Under the pieces are notes generated by a model. That model was not told the origin of the DNA, did not search any database, and saw nothing but the letters and a program-made list of their open reading frames with translations. A stretch of 64,000 nucleotides of DNA, taken from Rubripirellula sp. (GTDB lineage: Bacteria > Planctomycetota > Planctomycetia > Pirellulales > Pirellulaceae). Shown here piece after piece: positions 30,488 through 38,282 of this stretch. The position numbers and the translations under genes are program-made. The DNA lies in contig OZ244207.1 in NCBI GenBank assembly GCA_965216875.1, positions 4,000,001 through 4,064,000 of the forward strand, given 5' to 3'. How positions within the stretch are numbered: position 1 is the stretch's first letter; every line of letters starts with the position of its first letter.

Positions 30488-32188
30488 CTACTTGCCATCA
30501 ATCACATACAACCGCGTACCGGTGCGGACTGCGATCCGCCCGTCTGCCGCAGCAACGCCGTAAACGATGGGATCCCGCGACGACGCTTGTGCATTCTTAC
30601 GTCGCTCGGCAAAGCTTTTCGCCATCGCTTCCAGTTCTTTGTTGTCGATTTTGCCGTCACCGTCGGTGTCGATTCGCGACATCATAGCCCGAAACATCGA
30701 CGGGATCTCGTCGCCTTCGAGAACTCCGTCTTTGTTCGCGTCGCCCGCCAACATCCGCGCGACCATGCCACCACCTGGACGCCCCTTGCCATTCGCTGGC
30801 GTCCCATGACCATGACCGGCCGCACCGTCGACGTTGGAGGCTTCACCGTGTGCGTGTTTCCCGTGGGAAGGCTCTCCATGCGAATGCTCGCCCCCACCAC
30901 CATGCTTTGCTTCCCCATGGCCTCCCCCGTGGCTTCCTCCGTGGTGACCATGTCCACCTGCAGCCTCGACGTAATGCAGCGGTGCTGGCGGATCGTTCAC
31001 ATCCCACAGGCTGTTGCTGGCGATTTCGGTGAACTTGGCTCCGGAACCAACAACTCGCGACTGGCCATTTTTTGCAAAGAAGTAGATGGCGTTTCCGGAA
31101 ACGATTGGTGTTGCCCAACAATCGAGTGACAGTCGCTGGCGGTAAGAGATTTCGCCGGTCGCAACGTCAATGCAATGAAGAACATTCGCCTTGTTGACGA
31201 AGTAGGCGTGGTCGCCGCAAGTGACTGGACTGGCATACTCACAAATCGCTTTGTCTGCACGCCAAACCACTTCGGGCTTGCCGTTTTCGATGTTCGACAG
31301 ATCGAGACAACTGTTGGCTTTGACCTGTCCGTCGCTTGCAAATTCGGGCAAGCGAGCGCCAACCAAAAGGAAATCGCCAACCGAGGTGGGCGAGGGAATC
31401 GAATTTCCCTCAAAACCATCGATCTCCCAGGCTTGCTTGCCATCGGCGGCTGCGTATCCGGTCACGCGTCCGCCGCTGCTGACGATCACAAAGGCTTCGC
31501 CGCCGGCGAGCTGTGTCACGATCGGCGACGCCCATGATTTGGTCGACGTGCGCTCTGTCTGCCACACCGTGTCGCCCGTTTTCTTGTCGATCGCAATGAG
31601 CGACGAGGGGCCATCATGCTCGAGGAGCAAATAGAGGTGGCGACCGTCAATCGCAGGGGACGAACCGAGCCCATGGTTGTTCTTGAATCCGCCAATCGCT
31701 TTCGCTTCGTCGCGATACCACAGGAGTTCACCTTGATGGTCGAGGCAAACAAAATCACCCGTTTCAAAGAACACATACACCGCATGCTCGTCAACCAAAG
31801 GGGTCGGCGCGGCTCTGGCATTCATGTAATTCGAGGGATGACCGGACTTCGTTGGACGCTCATAACTCCAACTCGGCTCTCCCGACTTCAGATCAAAACT
31901 CTGGATCACCAAGGTTTCGCACATCGGACCGTCGACCGAGCTGACAAACACCCGGTCATTCCAAATCACGGGTGCCGATTGACCGTAGCCAACAAGCTCG
32001 CGCTGCCAGGCGACTCCCTTTTCGGGCGACCACTTCGTGGGCAGATCACTTGCAGCAGTCGACGCGCCTCCGTTGCGGAAGCTCGTCCAACCATTTCCAG
32101 CGTCAAGCCGCTCCGCAAACGTCCCGGTGGTCAACATCGCAAGCAACGGAACGATCGTGGTGAACTGTTTGATTGATGTGCCATTCAT
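30488..32188 (-). CDS. PQQ-like/BamB-type beta-propeller with His-rich and EF-hand insertion
   Basis: W..FR, G.S.PV, SSP, SW.SP propeller motifs; His/Gly tract; DANKDGVLEGDE and DTDGDGKIDNKE EF-hands. ATGA overlap with the upstream gene. Confidence 0.8.
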   Translation of the reverse strand: MNGTSIKQFTTIVPLLAMLTTGTFAERLDAGNGWTSFRNGGASTAASDLPTKWSPEKGVAWQRELVGYGQSAPVIWNDRVFVSSVDGPMCETLVIQSFDLKSGEPSWSYERPTKSGHPSNYMNARAAPTPLVDEHAVYVFFETGDFVCLDHQGELLWYRDEAKAIGGFKNNHGLGSSPAIDGRHLYLLLEHDGPSSLIAIDKKTGDTVWQTERTSTKSWASPIVTQLAGGEAFVIVSSGGRVTGYAAADGKQAWEIDGFEGNSIPSPTSVGDFLLVGARLPEFASDGQVKANSCLDLSNIENGKPEVVWRADKAICEYASPVTCGDHAYFVNKANVLHCIDVATGEISYRQRLSLDCWATPIVSGNAIYFFAKNGQSRVVGSGAKFTEIASNSLWDVNDPPAPLHYVEAAGGHGHHGGSHGGGHGEAKHGGGGEHSHGEPSHGKHAHGEASNVDGAAGHGHGTPANGKGRPGGGMVARMLAGDANKDGVLEGDEIPSMFRAMMSRIDTDGDGKIDNKELEAMAKSFAERRKNAQASSRDPIVYGVAAADGRIAVRTGTRLYVIDGK

Positions 32189-32649
32189 CGCTTTACGTGA
32201 CGCCTTGGGATTGGGAGTGGTGCAACGGCACCGTTGGGGATCTCGATTCGCTGACTTGGAGACGACTGAAGCGCGTTCAGTTGCGACGTTTCGGTAAGGC
32301 TTTCGCATGCTGCAGCATCAAGCATCCAGCCGCCATCACCGAGTGACTCAAGCGTGACGAAGTACTTGTCGGGCTCTGGTGACGGTACATCAGGAAAGTA
32401 AGCGTTGCCATTTTGCTGGCTTATCGCTTGAGCCAGGACGGGGCCACCGTGGTTCGCATGCAGCCGAACCTGAATGTCGCCGAGCGGTTTGCCCTGGTAC
32501 ATCACGCGAACCGTGGGTGCGCCATCGACGTGCATCTGCGAACCGGATTGACCACAACCGATCGCGACCACGCAACTGCAAAACAGCACACAACTACCGA
32601 ACCAGCGTTGGTGTCGCCTTGGTCGCGCCGTTTGCCTTATTCCGGCCAT
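32185..32649 (-). CDS. Small lipoprotein (carboxypeptidase-regulatory-like), typical DUF1559 partner
   Basis: Lipobox AIGC; V.Y.GKPL....V; position directly after DUF1559. Confidence 0.6.
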   Translation of the reverse strand: MAGIRQTARPRRHQRWFGSCVLFCSCVVAIGCGQSGSQMHVDGAPTVRVMYQGKPLGDIQVRLHANHGGPVLAQAISQQNGNAYFPDVPSPEPDKYFVTLESLGDGGWMLDAAACESLTETSQLNALQSSPSQRIEIPNGAVAPLPIPRRHVKR

Positions 32650-33671
32650 TCGATCGACTCCTTGCCGTTGCGAGTGAACAGGGCGTGGTACAGATCGCGA
32701 TCAATGGAGTCGCTGATGAACTGAACGCTTCCGTCAAGCATGGCGTGATGGGCACCCCCGGTGTGATGCGACCGAGCCGCGTAGAAGCCTCGCCCGTGCA
32801 AGCCGATGTCGGGGATGCGATAGTTTGGCGTCATGTAGCCGTTGATCACCGTTGCGTAAGGAACGCCGCGAATCCAAGACTGTCCGCGATTGCCGCGATA
32901 GGATGTGATCTGCGAAGGAAAGACGTCGTCGAGGTTAGGGTTTTCGATCAACACACCGCCGTGCATGAATCCTGGCCCATTGGGATTGCCCCGCGAACCG
33001 CCCCAATTGGCAATGCGGCGATGCGGGCCGGTCGGCGACGGCTCCGAGCCATTGATCTGGTCGCCAAGCACCGTCTCGGCCAACAAGACCGTTTGGCTCG
33101 TTCCATCGAGACAGTGCTTGAACCCTGCCCACGAGTTGGTCCAAACCATCCCGTCGGTTTTGTAGCGATCGTCGTAGTTCGTCCCCGTCCCACTGCCGTA
33201 ACTGAACATGTAGTTCAATCCGGCGCTGAAACCTTCAGCTCCGTCGGAAAAGGTCGTCCCAAAATACTTTTCGCCCGGATCACTCGGACAGAGGTAGGTG
33301 GGAACAAGTGTCTCCACCGCTTCTCGTTGTTCGGGGTTGAATCGGGCCAACCATGGCGGCCCGGTCAGCAGTGGCTTTTCGAAGTCGATCAGTTCGCTCA
33401 GCCCCGCCTGTTCGATGTAGGGAAGGATGCGAGCCTGGACCGAGAAATCGCTCGAGCCTGTCATCGCCGGGATGACCTTGAAAGCGCTCTCGTAGTTGTG
33501 CGTAGCCAGCGCGACTTGCTTGAGGTTGTTGCTACAGGACATCCTTCTCGCCGCCTCGCGTGCCGCTTGAACCGACGGCAACAAGAGGCCGACCAAGATC
33601 GCGATGATCGCGATCACGACAAGGAGTTCGACGAGCGTGAAGCCGTCGCGTGCTGATTTGAATGAAAACAT
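32637..33671 (-). CDS. DUF1559 prepilin-like protein
   Basis: GFTLVELLVVIAIIAILVGLLLP.VQ.AREAARR..C.NNLKQ..LA.HNY, CPSD, DGTS.T...E, S.H.GG....DGSV. Confidence 0.95.
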   Translation of the reverse strand: MFSFKSARDGFTLVELLVVIAIIAILVGLLLPSVQAAREAARRMSCSNNLKQVALATHNYESAFKVIPAMTGSSDFSVQARILPYIEQAGLSELIDFEKPLLTGPPWLARFNPEQREAVETLVPTYLCPSDPGEKYFGTTFSDGAEGFSAGLNYMFSYGSGTGTNYDDRYKTDGMVWTNSWAGFKHCLDGTSQTVLLAETVLGDQINGSEPSPTGPHRRIANWGGSRGNPNGPGFMHGGVLIENPNLDDVFPSQITSYRGNRGQSWIRGVPYATVINGYMTPNYRIPDIGLHGRGFYAARSHHTGGAHHAMLDGSVQFISDSIDRDLYHALFTRNGKESIEWPE

Positions 33672-33703
33672 CTGGGAGCCCGTACTTGTGAAACCGACTT
33701 ACC

Positions 33704-33769
33704 TGCAATTGTTGTGCAAGTAGAATGTCTCTACGCGAGGCCGTCAACCACAAATGCAATCGTTTTGCA
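33704..33769. promoter_or_regulatory. Two candidate Fur/Zur-family operators upstream of the DUF1559 operon
   Basis: TGCAATTGTTGTGCA (33704-33718) and TGCAATCGTTTTGCA (33755-33769). Confidence 0.5.
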
Positions 33770-33931
33770 GAAACAAGGCAATTGATTTTACACTGGTACG
33801 CTGTGATCGCGTTAGAGGGCCGGACTATTCATTCCCCGTCGCAAGCTTGGAACAACCAGAACGGCCAACCTAACGCGCCACCTACTGGCAAAGTTGGGCC
33901 GATTCTTGTGAGCCGAACGCGATGAGATGAC

Positions 33932-33974
33932 TTGACTCGAAACCGCACAGTTCTAAACTTGCACAGTCTTGCAA
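33932..33974 (+). promoter_or_regulatory. sigma70-like promoter with overlapping palindrome (putative ArsR/SmtB operator)
   Basis: TTGACT-N16-TAAACT followed by TTGCA-cagtct-TGCAA just before the ArsR start. Confidence 0.45.
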
Positions 33975-33984
33975 CTGTAAAGCT

Positions 33985-34365
33985 ATGAAACAGATCTCTC
34001 ACCAGCCGACCGTTTCAGCGAGCGAAGAAGAATCGCCCTCCTGCTGTGCTGAAGATCACGAGCAACACCCGGTCGGAGTCAACGACGCAACTTGCCAGCG
34101 CGCGGCCGCGATTTTTCGCGCCCTGGGCGACCCTCAGCGTCTCAGACTCCTGATCATGCTCGAAGCGAGGTCCTGTTGCGTCACCGAACTTGCCGACGCA
34201 CTTGGGGAACCGATGCCTGCGATTTCGCAGCGTTTGCGAATCCTCAAGAGTGAGCGGATCGTCAGTTCGCGCCGCGATGGCAAACATGTGTTTTACAGTT
34301 TGGCCGATGGACACATTTCGCGATTGGTGACCAATGCCGTCATGCACGCGATGGAAGAAGACTGA
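33985..34365 (+). CDS. ArsR/SmtB family metal-sensing repressor
   Basis: F.ALGDP.RL.L, CV.ELA, ISQ.LR.L, R.GK.V.Y.L.D.H...H..E (alpha5-type site); N-terminal CC..DH..H. Confidence 0.9.
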   Translation: MKQISHQPTVSASEEESPSCCAEDHEQHPVGVNDATCQRAAAIFRALGDPQRLRLLIMLEARSCCVTELADALGEPMPAISQRLRILKSERIVSSRRDGKHVFYSLADGHISRLVTNAVMHAMEED

Positions 34366-34436
34366 CCCGAACGCCCCAACTACCACCTTCGCCTCGCTTG
34401 GTGGTTCCGCCCAGACCGTGACCCCGCCGACAAATC

Positions 34437-34868
34437 ATGAGCACCTCATCCAACAAGACGGACTCCATCAAGGATGACATTCGTTCGGCGGGCTTGCGGG
34501 CAACGCCGGCACGCGTGGCGACGCTTCAATTGCTGCGTGAAGCCAGCTCGCCAGTGACCCATGCGGAAGTCGCCGAACACCTTTCCGATCTTGGTGTCGA
34601 CAAGGCGACCGCATTTCGAAACCTCAACGACATGGCCGAAGCCGGGCTCGTGCGTCGTACGGAACTGGGCGATCACGTCTACCGCTTCGAAGAGATCGGC
34701 CCCGATGAAGAGGCGGCCGATGCACATCCACACTTCCTTTGCACGGAGTGCGGAACGGTTTCCTGTTTAGACAACGTCAAGTTGACAGCGGGAAGCCTGC
34801 GTGAAAGCAGCAAGGTTGGCGATGTCGCCGAAATTCTACTTCGCGGCCGATGCAACAACTGCAAGTAA
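34437..34868 (+). CDS. Fur-family regulator (Zur-like by context)
   Basis: GLRAT..R, D.AT.FR.L, H.HF.C..CG...C, G.C..C. Confidence 0.85.
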   Translation: MSTSSNKTDSIKDDIRSAGLRATPARVATLQLLREASSPVTHAEVAEHLSDLGVDKATAFRNLNDMAEAGLVRRTELGDHVYRFEEIGPDEEAADAHPHFLCTECGTVSCLDNVKLTAGSLRESSKVGDVAEILLRGRCNNCK

Positions 34869-34975
34869 GGCTCGCTGCACGCCGGCTCAGTTAGACAACA
34901 GCATTCTCTTTGGCACCCGCTATGCTGCAGTGCCGACTAGCCGCCAGCTATGCGGCAGAGTTCACTAGCCGCCAA

Positions 34976-35668
34976 CTACGCGGCGCTGCTCATCTCTTGT
35001 GATGACGCTTCGACAGCATGACCATCAGCGATGTGAAAGACGCGGTGCGCGGTAGCCGAGACCGCCATGTCGTGCGTGACAAGGATGACCGTTTGCCCGT
35101 CATCACAAAGCTTGTGCAAGGTCTTCAGAACGAGGTCTCGGGACTCTGGATCAAGATTCCCCGTCGGTTCATCGGCCAAAATCAAACTCGGACGCATCGC
35201 GAGTGTTCTTGCCATTGCGACACGTTGTTGCTGGCCAGCGCTCAACTCGCTCGGCTTGTGATCGAGACGGTCGCCCAAACCAAAACGCTCAAGCAAGTCT
35301 TTCGCTTGGTTCTGTTGGCTCTCTTTCGCCGTGCCATAAAGCGACATCGGCAACTGAACGTTTTCGATAGCGCTGAGGTAGGGCACGAGATTGAAGCTCT
35401 GGAACAGAAATCCGATTCGCTCGTTTCGCAGACGGGCGCGCTGCTTGACGTTGATCTCGTAGAGGGATTCTCCGTCGATCACCACGCGTCCCGCCGTTGG
35501 CGAGAGCATCCCGCCAATCATCGACAAGAGCGTCGACTTGCCGCTGCCACTCGGACCGACGATCGCGATGAACTCGCCCGCTTCAACGTTCATCGAAGTC
35601 GGGTGCAGTGCGTGTACCGTACTGCGTCCGCGTGTGTAGTCTTTGCAAACGGAATCAGTCTGAATCAT
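34976..35668 (-). CDS. ABC transporter ATP-binding protein (LolD/MacB type)
   Basis: GPSGSGKST, LSAGQQQRVA, ADEPTGNLD, VTHD. Confidence 0.9.
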   Translation of the reverse strand: MIQTDSVCKDYTRGRSTVHALHPTSMNVEAGEFIAIVGPSGSGKSTLLSMIGGMLSPTAGRVVIDGESLYEINVKQRARLRNERIGFLFQSFNLVPYLSAIENVQLPMSLYGTAKESQQNQAKDLLERFGLGDRLDHKPSELSAGQQQRVAMARTLAMRPSLILADEPTGNLDPESRDLVLKTLHKLCDDGQTVILVTHDMAVSATAHRVFHIADGHAVEASSQEMSSAA

Positions 35669-35752
35669 GTCGTCGACTCGTTCTTTGTAGTGCGATTTCA
35701 GCCAGTTGCGGGCGATAGTGTGCTGCGAATGTCGTTGCAGCGATTGAAAGGA

Positions 35753-37003
35753 CTACGCCGTTTGGAAACAGACACAGGGGTCAAGGTGAGCCGCTTTGCG
35801 AGCAGGCGGGTAGCTCGCGACGACCGCTACGATGACGGCAACGATCAAACCGACCATCACCGCTTCGACCGAAACACTCGTGGCGACACCCAAAAGCTGT
35901 GGGCCAGCAATGATCGCCGCTGCCAGGCCGAGGCCCAGTCCGCAGAGTCCACCTACCGAACCGACCGCGAGCGCCTTGAGCAGAATCATGCGGCTGACCA
36001 TGCTTGGCGTCGCCCCCAGTGCCATCAGCGTCCCGAGTTCACGTTTGCGTTCGGAAACGTTGGCGAACATGACGCTCGCGATGCTCGCACCCCCGATCAC
36101 CATCAAGATGCCAAAGATCGCATAGGACAGTCGGTTCATGAGGCGGTTGACGGTCACTTGAGCTTGCACGATCTGCGAGATCGTGACAACGCGAGAATCG
36201 GGCAACAGCTCGCCCAATTCCCCGACCAAGCCAGTGGCCGCTTCTTCGCAGCAACCCATCACTTCGATCACGTTGACGATCGGCCCGGTGTCAGCAAGCT
36301 CTTGAACGCGATGCAGGTGGGCGAGTACGCGACCATCGTCGCTTGTTCCGGTTGCAGGCAGGATACCGGCAACACGAAAGGAATCGCCGAGTAGCTCGAT
36401 CGACTGTCCTTCTTTGATCCCCTGCGACTTGGCCAAGTCGGCACCGACCAGTGCCGAATCCATGTCCAGTTCATGAACGATTCGCGTGGCCGCATAGGAA
36501 CTCAGGTCCGTCTTTTCGTCCGACGCAATTTGACACGCTTTCCCACCACACCCTTCGTGCTTCTTGCCGACACCGTTCATTTCGAATCCGGCTGAGAGCA
36601 AATCGACACTCTGCCATGCCGATTTCTTGTAGAACTCGGTTCGCGGCAAGATGCCGGTCACGACAATCGCGTTGTCGCCAAGCTGGGCTGGAACGGAAAG
36701 CTTGGGGGCGAGTTCCTCGACTCCCACCTTTTGAGCCAACGTGATGCGCGTCACGTATTCCTCAGGCAGCGATTTCCCATGGGTGTCCGCGGCGTGATAA
36801 TCCTGCAGCGTCACGCCTTCGGGAAGAACAAGGATGTTGGCGCCAAGCTGCGCCATTTGCGACGCCACCTTCTGCTCGGACGAAGCCACAACGCTTTCAA
36901 CCGCGACGAGTGCCGAGACGCCGAGCGCGACGATCAGCAATGCGGTCAGGCTGTGCCCGGGTCGGCGCAACACTTCTTTCCAAACCAAAGAATGAAAGTT
37001 CAT
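35753..37003 (-). CDS. ABC transporter permease (FtsX/MacB type) with Cys motifs
   Basis: LGAN.L, NV.ER.RELG.L.ALGA, PAR.AA.LDP; CGGKAC and GCC in the periplasmic part. Confidence 0.85.
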   Translation of the reverse strand: MNFHSLVWKEVLRRPGHSLTALLIVALGVSALVAVESVVASSEQKVASQMAQLGANILVLPEGVTLQDYHAADTHGKSLPEEYVTRITLAQKVGVEELAPKLSVPAQLGDNAIVVTGILPRTEFYKKSAWQSVDLLSAGFEMNGVGKKHEGCGGKACQIASDEKTDLSSYAATRIVHELDMDSALVGADLAKSQGIKEGQSIELLGDSFRVAGILPATGTSDDGRVLAHLHRVQELADTGPIVNVIEVMGCCEEAATGLVGELGELLPDSRVVTISQIVQAQVTVNRLMNRLSYAIFGILMVIGGASIASVMFANVSERKRELGTLMALGATPSMVSRMILLKALAVGSVGGLCGLGLGLAAAIIAGPQLLGVATSVSVEAVMVGLIVAVIVAVVASYPPARKAAHLDPCVCFQTA

Positions 37004-37057
37004 GGACGGTTCCTACGTCTCAAGCGGCTAGATGGCGAACAACGGCAGCGGCGGTGA

Positions 37058-37783
37058 TTACTTTTTCTTCTGGCACTTGCTGCAGTTGCATTTGCCTGAC
37101 TTGTGAAGTTGCGTCGCAAGTTCCTCACCGGTAACCGTTGCTTGGTAGGTTCCGAGATGGGTTCCTGGAGGTGCGAACATGAGAACGACGGGAGCGTCGA
37201 GCGTGGTGTCGACATGCATGCGACGAAAGAACTCGCCCTCTTCCGCATTGGTTGCTGACGCGTTGATGCTGTAGAGTTTGTTTTTGAACGCGGGATCTTT
37301 CAGCAGTGCGGTGACGCCAGCGGGCATTTGTGATTGCGATGCAGGCATCAAGCAGACGACCGCGATTTTTTGGCTCTGCAGAGCCTTCACCATTTCGGCG
37401 TACTTGGGCGTCAAGATGGCGTTGGTCAATTGTTGCTCGTCGACCTTTTGGCGGTAGACACCGGTCACGGCACCATTGGGAGCCACACCGAAGACGGCCG
37501 GTAGCGGAATGCGCGATGCGTCGAACCGCTTGATCAGTGCCGCCTCTTTGCGATCGCGAACGTTGACGGTTACCCAAGTCGTTTTTTCGGACGTTTCGGA
37601 AACGTGATCGCGAATCGTGCTCGCCATTTTCTGGGTCGCCGAGTCGTTCGAGCGGTAGAACATCACGTAGGTGTATTTGCCCTTCTCACTCGCTGCATCG
37701 ACCTGCTCTGCCGTCGTTGCGGCTCGGCCAAGCGATGGAAACAGGACGGCGGCGGCGAGAAACAAACCGAGTGGACAGCGCAT
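37058..37783 (-). CDS. Secreted thioredoxin-like-fold protein with C-terminal CxCxxC
   Basis: Signal peptide; two ...APNG/APPG strand-turn motifs; tail HKSGKCNCSKC. Confidence 0.6.
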   Translation of the reverse strand: MRCPLGLFLAAAVLFPSLGRAATTAEQVDAASEKGKYTYVMFYRSNDSATQKMASTIRDHVSETSEKTTWVTVNVRDRKEAALIKRFDASRIPLPAVFGVAPNGAVTGVYRQKVDEQQLTNAILTPKYAEMVKALQSQKIAVVCLMPASQSQMPAGVTALLKDPAFKNKLYSINASATNAEEGEFFRRMHVDTTLDAPVVLMFAPPGTHLGTYQATVTGEELATQLHKSGKCNCSKCQKKK

Positions 37784-37959
37784 GGAGCACTCTCTAATTG
37801 GGTGGCGAAAGGAAAAACAGCACGGGCGGGATCGACCAACATTCCCGCTTGTGCTGATCGATCCAAAACTGACGAACAATCAAGTCAACGTCTCACGGCC
37901 GTCAAACCATCGCCAATCGGCATAAGTTCACATGGGTCGTCGATGCGCCGTTTGTACCC

Positions 37960-38274
37960 CCCTCGTTCCAACGCTCCGCGTGGGAACGCACTCTTCGGAC
38001 GCTCCGCGTCCACTTCACCTGAGCCGCTCGCGCTAGCGTCGGGCCCTTCGAGATATGCAGAACGCAATACGCGATCACCGCTCACCCATCTCCCACGCCT
38101 CACCTCAGTCGCTGAGCGATAGCGTGCGGTTTTCAAAACGGCAACCCGATGGGAAAACCGCACGCTATCGCGTTTCGGCTGACGCCGGCCGTGGAATTGA
38201 CGGTGCCTCGACGCTAGCGCGTTCGGCACGTGCCGTAGGCCGGATCAAGGAGCGACAGCGACGCGGATCCGGCA
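37960..38274. repeat. Composite REP mosaic
   Basis: CCTCGTTCC..GGACGCTCCGCGTCC, TGAGCCG..GCTAGCGTCGGGCC, a TCAG..GCGATAGCGTGCGGTTTTC / GAAAACCGCACGCTATCGC..CTGA inverted pair, and a GTAG REP at 38235. Confidence 0.8.
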
Positions 38275-38282
38275 AGCTCCAC

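Noticed and set aside
35018..36394. 458-aa + strand ORF
   Set aside because: Antisense shadow of the ABC transporter genes.
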